A stretch of 32,000 nucleotides of DNA from Nostoc punctiforme PCC 73102. Lineage in GTDB: Bacteria > Cyanobacteriota > Cyanobacteriia > Cyanobacteriales > Nostocaceae. Positions 1 through 7,369 of the stretch are shown here, piece by piece. The translations under genes were made by a program, and so were the position numbers. The stretch is taken from positions 4,740,001 through 4,772,000 of the forward strand of contig NC_010628.1 in NCBI RefSeq assembly GCF_000020025.1. The letters run 5' to 3'. The notes under the pieces are model-generated. The model saw nothing but the letters and a program-made list of their open reading frames with translations. It did not search any database and was not told the origin of the DNA. Every line of letters begins with the position of its first letter. The first letter of the stretch is position 1.

Positions 1-1146
1 CTAGACCAAGGCGAACTGATGAAACAGCTACAACTAGTCCGCTCTAAGTTAGGGCAACTACCAACAGAAGATAGCGCTGCTAGCTTAGTCCAAGGACAAC
101 GGCAAAACGCAGACAAAGAAGCGATTAAACAGCAACGCCAATCTTTGCAGCAAAACCTCCAAGCGGTACAGAAACTCACCCCGATTTTAAGAGAGAAAGG
201 GCTAAATTCGATTCAACGCGATCGCGCCAATCAAACCCAAAGCTTACAAGCACTGCGGGATCTCTTACCTACCTTCAAACAGAGATTGACCAACCGCCAG
301 CAGCTATTGCAGGAGGGAGCAATTTCTGGCGATACAGTCCTACAGTCACAGCAAGACTACTTAAATGCTGTGACCCAAATTAATGAAGCCGAATCGCAAC
401 TCAAGCAACTGGATGTCAAGGAAGCAGATGCCCAACGACAATACCTAGAAAATTTGAACTCAATAAAAGATTTACAAGCGCAATTAAAACAACTAGATAG
501 CAAAGAAGCGACCGCGGCGCAACAAGACTTAGAAACTGTAACTACCCGCAAAAAAGAAATTCAGGAAGTCCAGCGGAATATTGTTCAATTAGCACTGCAA
601 CTATCGAGCAACAGCTTAGTCAAGAGCAGTTACTCTGGACGAATTTTAGAAATCTCGGCAAGTCCGGGACAGGTTGTTTTACAGGGTACACCAATAGGAG
701 CGATCGCTGCACAAAAGCGATCGGCTCAACCTGTGAGTGTGGCATTTTTTCCCGTTGGCGATGGCAAGCAAATTCAACCAGGGATGAAGTTACAAGTCAC
801 ACCTAGTACAGTACAACGCGAACGCTTTGGTGGCATCATCGGTGCTGTCACAGAAGTCTCAGCCTTTCCCGTGACTAAAGAAGGTGCATTAAGTGTAGTC
901 GGCAATTCGGAATTTGTGGAAGCTTTGATGTCACAAGGGCCACAGATCCTAATTACTGCGCGACTGCAACCAGACAATTCGACCTTCAGCGAGTACAAAT
1001 GGTCTTCTTCCCAAGGGCCACAGACGAAAGTCACTTATGGAACTACTACCTCAGTACAAGTCACCGGATACTGTTGGCGAAAGTGTTACAAACGCATAAA
1101 CAAAAGTGTTACAACTAAAAGCTGCAACGGCAGATTGAAGGTTTGA
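1..1146 (+). CDS. HlyD-family membrane-fusion/secretion adaptor of an NHLM/NHLP-type bacteriocin export system (5' end outside window; native 3' end displaced by a MITE)
   Basis: The frame is open from base 1. It has a long Gln/Leu-rich coiled-coil followed by a beta-rich region (GRILEISASPGQVV, GAVTEVSAFPVT) typical of HlyD/type I secretion adaptors. It sits directly upstream of a C39-peptidase ABC exporter. The last 26 codons (from 1066) are read out of the inserted element. Confidence 0.8.
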   Translation, partial: LDQGELMKQLQLVRSKLGQLPTEDSAASLVQGQRQNADKEAIKQQRQSLQQNLQAVQKLTPILREKGLNSIQRDRANQTQSLQALRDLLPTFKQRLTNRQQLLQEGAISGDTVLQSQQDYLNAVTQINEAESQLKQLDVKEADAQRQYLENLNSIKDLQAQLKQLDSKEATAAQQDLETVTTRKKEIQEVQRNIVQLALQLSSNSLVKSSYSGRILEISASPGQVVLQGTPIGAIAAQKRSAQPVSVAFFPVGDGKQIQPGMKLQVTPSTVQRERFGGIIGAVTEVSAFPVTKEGALSVVGNSEFVEALMSQGPQILITARLQPDNSTFSEYKWSSSQGPQTKVTYGTTTSVQVTGYCWRKCYKRINKSVTTKSCNGRLKV

Positions 1147-1198
1147 GCTTACATAATACTTTCAAATACAAGTATGTATTACATTCGCCAACAGTATC
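1067..1198. mobile_element. 132-bp miniature inverted-repeat transposable element (MITE) inserted in the HlyD gene
   Basis: It has perfect 15-bp terminal inverted repeats: GATACTGTTGGCGAA (1067-1081) and TTCGCCAACAGTATC (1184-1198). A 7-bp direct duplication GTCACCG flanks it (1060-1066 and 1199-1205). The interior is non-coding and carries AAGTGTTACAA twice (1081-1091, 1104-1114). Confidence 0.75.
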
Positions 1199-1205
1199 GT
1201 CACCG

Positions 1206-1270
1206 TGGAAGAACGCGCCCCGATTACTTTTGTCCTGCCGATTCTGAGATCCTGGAGTGGCATTTCTTGA
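1206..1270 (+). other. Displaced 3' coding remnant of the HlyD gene
   Basis: Joining base 1066 to base 1206 (removing the element plus one GTCACCG copy) continues the HlyD frame as V-EERAPITFVLPILRSWSGIS-stop (TGA 1268-1270). This tail resembles HlyD-family C-termini. Confidence 0.7.
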
Positions 1271-1436
1271 TATTGGCGATAAGAGGAATTGAGGAAGAAA
1301 TTATTAAAAATTTTACCCATCGAATCAACCTTGACGCTGTACTAGAGTGCGGAATTTACTTAAATAAGAATGCATTTTGACGTACTGGGAAAACAATGTA
1401 TCTAATTATTTTCAGAAAACACTAAAATGAATACGC

Positions 1437-1562
1437 AATCTACTGAAATGAGAAAGTATTTAGGCAAAATGAGAAAGCAATATGTCTTTTTGCTTGCTGA
1501 ATCTACTGAAATGAGAAAGCATTTAAGCAAAATGAGAAAGCAATATACCTTTTTACTTATTA
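1437..1562. repeat. Two tandem copies of a 63-bp unit, each carrying two AAATGAGAAAG motifs
   Basis: Units 1437-1499 and 1500-1562 align without gaps and differ by a handful of substitutions. The 11-mer AAATGAGAAAG starts at 1446, 1467, 1509 and 1530. Confidence 0.9.
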
Positions 1563-1702
1563 ATTTGGCTCAATCAATACAATCAAGAATTCCGAAGATA
1601 ACAGTAGTGTAATACAGCAATTTTAGTCAGTTGAAAAATAACTAAAAATTTATGTTTAAACGCTTAAATTAAGCCAAAGTCCAAGTTTTAAAAAATATTT
1701 TT

Positions 1703-4700
1703 ATGTTCTGGCGAAATCTGCAAAATATATTAGGGCGTTTGCGTAAAAACAAGCGGTGTCATACTCCTACTCTGCTGCAAATGGAGGTAGTAGAATGCGG
1801 CGCTGCTGCTTTGGGAATTATTCTCGGTTATTACAATCGCATTGTCCCACTGACAGAACTGAGGCAAGCGTGCGGTGTCTCGCGAGATGGAGTTAGTGCC
1901 TTAAATATCTTGAAGGCTGCCAGAAATTATCGACTCAGCGCTAAAAGCTTTAAAACCAACTTAGCTGGCTTGTTGCAGTTAAAATTTCCCTACATTGTAT
2001 TTTGGAACTTTAACCATTTTTTAGTAGTAGAAGGAATCACCAAACAGCGAGTTTATCTCAATGACCCTGCTACTGGACGGCGCATCGTCTCCTTAGAAGA
2101 ATTCAGCGGCGCTTACACGGGTGTGGTGCTAGTTCTAGAGCCTGGTTCAGAGTTTCAACGCGGAGGACGCAAGCCCAGTACAATCTTAGCTTTGTGGTCG
2201 CGGTTGCGAGGCTCCATTGGCGCATTGCTTTACTGCGTGCTGGCAGGATTTTTGTTAGTAATTCCTGGACTGGCGCTACCTGCATTCTCCCAGGTATTTG
2301 TAGATAACGTATTGATTGAGCATCGGTATGAGTGGTTGCGTCCGCTAATTTTAGGCATGATCTTCACAGCCGGACTCAGTGGATTTTTGACGCTGCTACA
2401 GTTGCAGTTTTTGCGTCAAATGAAAATTAAGTTGTCTGTGGGCATGAAGAGTCGCTACCTATGGCACATTTTACGCCTACCCGTTAGTTTTTACGATCAG
2501 CGCTATGCTGGGGAAATCAGTAGCCGGATGCAACTCAACGACAGCATTGCCGATATGCTTTCGGGTGAATTAGCAACTACAGTAATTGCAGCAGCATCAG
2601 TATTTCTATATGTAATAGTGATGCTGCAATATGATGTTGTACTAACTTTAATTGCGATCGCCTTTGTCATTATCAACCTTGCCGCCTTACAGTGGGTGAG
2701 AGGGCGGCGCGTAGATGCCAATATCAAACTCATCCAAGAACAGGGAAAAGTTCGCGGCGTAGAAATTTCTGGTCTTCAGAGTATAGAGACGCTAAAAGCA
2801 TCTGGATTAGAGTCAGATTTCTTCTCCCGGTGGGGAGGTCACTATGCCAAAGCCATCAACACCCAGCAAGAATTAGAAGAAACAAACCAGACTATAGGTG
2901 TTTTACCATCTTTTCTGTCAGCGATCGCTTCCATGCTGCTTTTAGCTGTAGGCGGTTTGCGAGTCATGGATGGAGCCTTGAGCATCGGCATGTTAATAGC
3001 CTTTCTCGGCATGACGCAAAGGTTTTTCGCCCCAGTAAGTAATCTCATCAGCCTGGGAAGCGAACTCCAAGAGATGGAAGGTAATCTGACTCGCCTTGAT
3101 GATGTCTTGCGTAACCCCATTGACCGGCAATTGGAGCAGGGGGGCAGGGAGGCAGGGGAGCAGGGGAGCAGGGGAGCAGGAGAGAAAGAGGACAATTGCA
3201 ATCTTTCCCCTCTGCCCCTCTGCCCCTCTGCCCCCTTGCCTAAATTACAGGGGTATGTTGAATTACGCAATGTGACATTTGGCTATAGCCAAATTGCCCC
3301 GCCGCTGATTCAAAATTTTAATCTTTCGCTTAAGCCAGGGCAGCGAGTTGCCTTGGTGGGTGGGAGTGGTTCTGGTAAGTCTACCATTGCCAAACTTTTA
3401 TGTGGACTTTACGAACCGTGGCAGGGAGAAATTCGATTTGACGGCAAACCCAGAGAGCAAATTTCTCGCCAGGTACTAGCCAATTCTATTTCTGTCGTAG
3501 AGCAAGAGATTTTGTTATTTGCTGGCAGCGTCAGAGATAACTTGACGCTTTGGGATACTACCATACCTGACAGTCATCTTGTCCGGGCTTGTCAAGACGC
3601 AGCGCTTCACGATGTCATCCTTTCACTGCCAGGAGGCTATCATGCTGACCTTTTGGAAGGCGCTACTAATTTGAGTGGTGGTCAGCGCCAGCGGCTAGAA
3701 ATTGCCCGTGCTTTGGTGAATAATCCCAGTATCCTAATTATGGATGAAGCCACCAGTGCCCTGGATGCCGAAACAGAAAAGAACGTCAGTCGTAATCTGC
3801 GGTTGCGCGGCTGCACTTGCATCATCGTGGCGCATCGACTCTCGACTATCCGAGATTGTGATGAAATTATTGTCCTCGATCGCGGCAAGATAGTCCAACG
3901 GGGAAGCCATGCAGAATTGCAGCAAGTTGAAGGGACGTATTTACAATTAATTCGCAGTGAGGAAACAGAGGAGGCAGGGGAGCAGGGGAGCAGAGGAGCA
4001 GGGGGAGCAGGGGGAGCAGGGGGAGCAGGGGGAGCAGGGGAGGCAGGGGAAGAAATTACTTCCTTGTCCCCCGTGTCTCCCTCATCCCTCTTATCCTTTG
4101 CAAATCTCAAAGGACAACACTATCGTTTTCAATGCAATGAATCGCTACTGTTAGACGATCCGGAGACAATTTGGCTAGTAAAATCTGGTTACTTGGCACT
4201 ATTTGCGATCGCAGTTAATGATGGCATTCCCGAAGGTACTCGTCGCTATTTATTTAGTAGCACAGCCGGACAGGCGATGTTTGCGATTGCACCAAGTTTA
4301 CAGGGCAAGCAGCAAGAGATTTTAGCGGTGTCACTTGAGGAGACAGAAATTCTCAAAGTATCCAGAGCAGACTTTAACCAGTTGTTTGCGGACGCTAATA
4401 AAGAAGTAGTAACTCTGATAGAACGGTGGATTGCTCAATTAGGTTCGGTACTTGCTAGTATCACTACGCCAACGACACCAACATCGCTGCCAAAAACCCG
4501 CCAGTTCTCCTTAGTCAAAGACCAAATCTTCCAGTCGCATCAAATATCGTGGGTGCAAATTTTCCAAGGGCGCGCTAGATGGATGGGGTTTGAGCAACTG
4601 CCGTTAACTTCTGCCTCTAGAATGTTGCCTTTGGCTGAAAATATGTGGTTACAAGCAGATAACACTGTGGAGTTGAAAAGTGTTAACACCGCAGACATAG

Positions 4701-7024
4701 AAGATATCGATTCCTTGTTAAGTGGTTTGTCCCAACTACAAACTTACTTCCTCCACTGCATTAATCTGCTGCAACGGCAGGAGATGGATGCAGAATTACT
4801 GAGATTTCAAGGCAGGGAACGTCTTGAAAGCCAAGTGATGCAAGAAACGTTAGCAGAATTAGCATATGTATTGCCACAGCCAAAGTCAGACAGACTAAAT
4901 AATAGTTTAGGATTCAGTAGTAATCTTGATGCAACTGACCCAAACCAAGCCTTACTAATTGCTGCTGGTGCTGTGGGACGAGCATTAGGAATTAAGATTT
5001 GTCCGCCAGCTGCCTCAGAAGATTCTAATCGAGTGCAAGATCCTGTAGAAGCGATTGCTCGTGCTTCGCGTATCCGCGTGCGGCGAATTCAGTTGCGGGA
5101 CAACTGGTGGCAAAAGGATTGCGGGCCGATGTTGGCATTTACGCTTGCCGATAAACTGCCAGTGGCACTATTACCAGTGTCTGATACACGTTACAAACTC
5201 TACGTTCCTGGGGAACGAACGCCTATCTCTGTCGATGCCAACATAGCAGCAGCCCTAGCTAAGACTGCCTACGCATTCTATCGACCTTTACCCGATAAAA
5301 AGCTGAAAACTTTTGATTTACTTCAGTTTGCCCTCCAAGGACATTACAAAGAACTAATTATAGTTTTAGTAATGGGAATTACCATCAGTCTGTTAGGAAT
5401 GCTGACACCTCAAGCTACAGCTATCCTAATCGACAAAGCGATCCCAGATGCTAATCGAGGCTTGTTGAGCCAAATTGCTGTTGGTTTGGTGGCTGCTGCC
5501 TTTGGCGGAACGCTGTTTCAACTAGCCCTTGGGTTTGCCACCATTAGGCTGGAAACTTTTGCCGATTCCTCCACCCAAGCCGCAGTGTGGGATCGATTGT
5601 TAAATTTGAAGGTTTCCTTTTTTCGCTCTTTCTCAGTTGGTGACTTGGATTCTAGAGTCACGGCGATTACTCAAATTCGCCAGCGACTGGGTAACACAGT
5701 CTTAAAAACAATCTTCTCCAGTTTGTTCTCACTCCTGAATCTGGGATTGTTATTTTACTACAATGTTTCCTTAGCTCTCATAGCTTGTGCAGTGGCACTT
5801 GTAAATATTGCCGTCACTATCATCTCTGGTACTCTTATTGTTCGTAAAGTTCGCCCATTACTAGAGCTGCAAGGACAAATCTTTGGCGTGATGGTGCAGT
5901 TAATTAATGGAGTTGCCAAACTCCGAATCGCCAAAGCTGAAACCCGCGCCTTTGCCTACTGGGGTAAACAGTATACGCATCAACTGAAATTAATGCTGAG
6001 TACCCAAGGCATTGAAGACAGCCTCGCGGTAATCAATCAAGTATTACCTGTGTTAACCACTGCTGCCCTCTTCTGGTTTGCTACTAGTTTAATTGGCCAA
6101 TCCCAAACTCCTGGAGGAGGTGGTTTATCCACTGGCACTTTCTTAGCATTCAACGTTGCTTTTGGCACGTTTATTAACGGAGCCACTAGCTTAAGCAGCA
6201 CAGTTGTGGAAGTTTTGCAAGTTTTACCCTTGTGGCAACGGGCCCAACCTATTTTGCAAGCTGAACCGGAAATTAGTTCTGCTCAGGCAGATCCGGGTAG
6301 GCTATCGGGCAAATTAGTTGTAGACCGTATAACTTTCCGTTATCGCGACGATGGCCCCTTGACGCTGGATGATGTCAACATTCGTGCTGAACCAGGAGAA
6401 TTTATTGCTATTGTCGGCCCTTCTGGCAGCGGTAAATCAACTTTATTGAGGTTACTTTTGGGGTTTGAATTCCCGAAATCTGGCACGATTTACTATGACG
6501 GGCAAGACTTAACTTCTTTGGATGTCCATGCTGTACGCCGTCAATTGGGTGTGGTACTGCAAAATAGTCGGTTGATGTCAGCCTCTATTTTCGAGAATAT
6601 TGCCAGTGGTGCCTTAGTGACGATGGACGAAGCTTGGGAAGCAGCCCAGATGGCAGGTTTTGCAGATGATGTTGCAGCAATGCCGATGCAGATGCATACA
6701 ATCGTCAGTGAAGGAGGTAGTAATCTTTCTGGTGGACAACGACAACGGCTGTTGATTGCTAGGGCGTTGGTGTTGAAACCCCGGATTTTGCTATTCGATG
6801 AGGCGACTAGTGCTTTAGATAACAGAACCCAAGCAATTGTCAGTGAAAGTTTACAACAGCTAAAGGTAACTAGGGTTGCGATCGCTCATCGCCTCAGTAC
6901 TATTCAAAATGCTGACCGAATTTACGTACTTGCAAATGGCAAAGTAGTGCAACAGGGTAGTTTTGTTGAACTAGGAAATCAATCAGGGCTATTTGCACAA
7001 CTCATGATGCAACAGTTAATTTAA
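1703..7024 (+). CDS. Fused double ABC exporter: C39 peptidase-TMD-NBD (NHLM peptidase/ATP-binding type) joined in frame to cNMP-binding-like-TMD-NBD (NHLM ATP-binding type)
   Basis: The N-terminal C39 domain has Cys32 (QMEVVECGAAALG, codon 1796-1798) and the His motif FNHFLVVEG. Two complete NBDs are present: GGSGSGKST/LSGGQRQR/ILIMDEATSALD and GPSGSGKST/LSGGQRQR/LLFDEATSALD. A beta-barrel-like segment (ETIWLVKSGYLALFAI) follows the linker, as in TIGR03797-type proteins. It is a single uninterrupted 1773-codon frame. Confidence 0.9.
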   Translation: MFWRNLQNILGRLRKNKRCHTPTLLQMEVVECGAAALGIILGYYNRIVPLTELRQACGVSRDGVSALNILKAARNYRLSAKSFKTNLAGLLQLKFPYIVFWNFNHFLVVEGITKQRVYLNDPATGRRIVSLEEFSGAYTGVVLVLEPGSEFQRGGRKPSTILALWSRLRGSIGALLYCVLAGFLLVIPGLALPAFSQVFVDNVLIEHRYEWLRPLILGMIFTAGLSGFLTLLQLQFLRQMKIKLSVGMKSRYLWHILRLPVSFYDQRYAGEISSRMQLNDSIADMLSGELATTVIAAASVFLYVIVMLQYDVVLTLIAIAFVIINLAALQWVRGRRVDANIKLIQEQGKVRGVEISGLQSIETLKASGLESDFFSRWGGHYAKAINTQQELEETNQTIGVLPSFLSAIASMLLLAVGGLRVMDGALSIGMLIAFLGMTQRFFAPVSNLISLGSELQEMEGNLTRLDDVLRNPIDRQLEQGGREAGEQGSRGAGEKEDNCNLSPLPLCPSAPLPKLQGYVELRNVTFGYSQIAPPLIQNFNLSLKPGQRVALVGGSGSGKSTIAKLLCGLYEPWQGEIRFDGKPREQISRQVLANSISVVEQEILLFAGSVRDNLTLWDTTIPDSHLVRACQDAALHDVILSLPGGYHADLLEGATNLSGGQRQRLEIARALVNNPSILIMDEATSALDAETEKNVSRNLRLRGCTCIIVAHRLSTIRDCDEIIVLDRGKIVQRGSHAELQQVEGTYLQLIRSEETEEAGEQGSRGAGGAGGAGGAGGAGEAGEEITSLSPVSPSSLLSFANLKGQHYRFQCNESLLLDDPETIWLVKSGYLALFAIAVNDGIPEGTRRYLFSSTAGQAMFAIAPSLQGKQQEILAVSLEETEILKVSRADFNQLFADANKEVVTLIERWIAQLGSVLASITTPTTPTSLPKTRQFSLVKDQIFQSHQISWVQIFQGRARWMGFEQLPLTSASRMLPLAENMWLQADNTVELKSVNTADIEDIDSLLSGLSQLQTYFLHCINLLQRQEMDAELLRFQGRERLESQVMQETLAELAYVLPQPKSDRLNNSLGFSSNLDATDPNQALLIAAGAVGRALGIKICPPAASEDSNRVQDPVEAIARASRIRVRRIQLRDNWWQKDCGPMLAFTLADKLPVALLPVSDTRYKLYVPGERTPISVDANIAAALAKTAYAFYRPLPDKKLKTFDLLQFALQGHYKELIIVLVMGITISLLGMLTPQATAILIDKAIPDANRGLLSQIAVGLVAAAFGGTLFQLALGFATIRLETFADSSTQAAVWDRLLNLKVSFFRSFSVGDLDSRVTAITQIRQRLGNTVLKTIFSSLFSLLNLGLLFYYNVSLALIACAVALVNIAVTIISGTLIVRKVRPLLELQGQIFGVMVQLINGVAKLRIAKAETRAFAYWGKQYTHQLKLMLSTQGIEDSLAVINQVLPVLTTAALFWFATSLIGQSQTPGGGGLSTGTFLAFNVAFGTFINGATSLSSTVVEVLQVLPLWQRAQPILQAEPEISSAQADPGRLSGKLVVDRITFRYRDDGPLTLDDVNIRAEPGEFIAIVGPSGSGKSTLLRLLLGFEFPKSGTIYYDGQDLTSLDVHAVRRQLGVVLQNSRLMSASIFENIASGALVTMDEAWEAAQMAGFADDVAAMPMQMHTIVSEGGSNLSGGQRQRLLIARALVLKPRILLFDEATSALDNRTQAIVSESLQQLKVTRVAIAHRLSTIQNADRIYVLANGKVVQQGSFVELGNQSGLFAQLMMQQLI
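3133..3240. repeat. G-rich/C-rich inverted short-repeat element lying in frame inside the first ABC half
   Basis: Six 8-mers of GGAGCAGG type (3133-3180) are followed by a spacer containing CAATTG and then CCCCTCTG-type repeats (3204-3240). It is translated as EQGGREAGEQGSRGAGEKEDNCNLSPLPLCPSAPLP, between the TMD and the NBD entry motif KLQGYVELRNVTF. Confidence 0.7.
3968..4096. repeat. G-rich 8/9-mer tandem array plus CCTTGTCCCC..TCTCCCTCATC module, forming the linker between the two ABC halves
   Basis: GGGGGAGCA occurs x4 at 4001-4036 with a 9-bp period, flanked by GGAGCAGG variants. The module CCTTGTCCCCCGTGTCTCCCTCATCCC (4062-4088) recurs inverted at 12158-12183. Confidence 0.75.
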
Positions 7025-7369
7025 CTGAGTATTGATAAGATAGTAGGTAACTAAATTAACTTCTCTTTTTGCCATTTATAATTGTACACTGACCAATTAA
7101 ATGACGTTGAGACAAATTCGTGTCATCGAGTCAAACCTTACCCACTTTAGACTTGCAACCATTAGTGTTGATATAGGTTGTAAGTTCCCGGTGCTACTTC
7201 TAAGCTTAATGCTCTTTGAGTGCAAGCTTTACACCCTCAATGACATTAATTTGGCATAGCGACAAATAAAAAGTCACTGTACAAAAAAAACAGCATAGCC
7301 AGTAGACAAAGTAAAAAATTGCATAATTACTCCATCTAACTGGCTAAATATCGCCACGCTTTTGATGAT

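Noticed and set aside
1174-1380. The 68-aa ORF between the HlyD and ABC genes
   Set aside because: It starts inside the MITE and reads the displaced HlyD 3' remnant out of frame. It is an artefact of the insertion.
1380-1400. GTACTGGGAAAACA, considered as an NtcA site (GTA-N8-TAC)
   Set aside because: The downstream half-site is ACA rather than TAC, and no suitably spaced -10 box is evident.
1427-1612. The 61-aa ORF (MNTQSTEMRKYLGKMRK...) directly upstream of the C39-peptidase exporter, considered as a bacteriocin precursor
   Set aside because: It has no double-glycine (GG/GA) leader cleavage motif and no recognisable Shine-Dalgarno. The sequence is a translated 63-bp tandem repeat whose copy differences are mostly non-synonymous. 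I treat it as a repeat or regulatory array instead.
3133-4050. G-rich short tandem repeats, considered as a CRISPR array
   Set aside because: The units are only 8-9 nt with no spacers, and they lie inside an intact ORF. The same holds for 12088-12160. No cas genes are present.
3682-4154. The ORFs 3682-4110 (minus strand, PAPPAPPAPPAP...) and 3957-4154 (plus strand, GEQGEQGEQGEQG, collagen-like)
   Set aside because: They are alternative-frame or antisense translations of the G-rich repeat within the ABC ORF. They owe their length to the low-complexity sequence.
7101-7259. An unlisted 52-aa ORF (MTLRQIRVIESNLTHFRLATISVDIGCKF...) downstream of the exporter, considered as cargo or an immunity peptide
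   Set aside because: It has no ribosome-binding site, no GG leader and no recognisable family features. It lies in an intergenic region between convergent genes.
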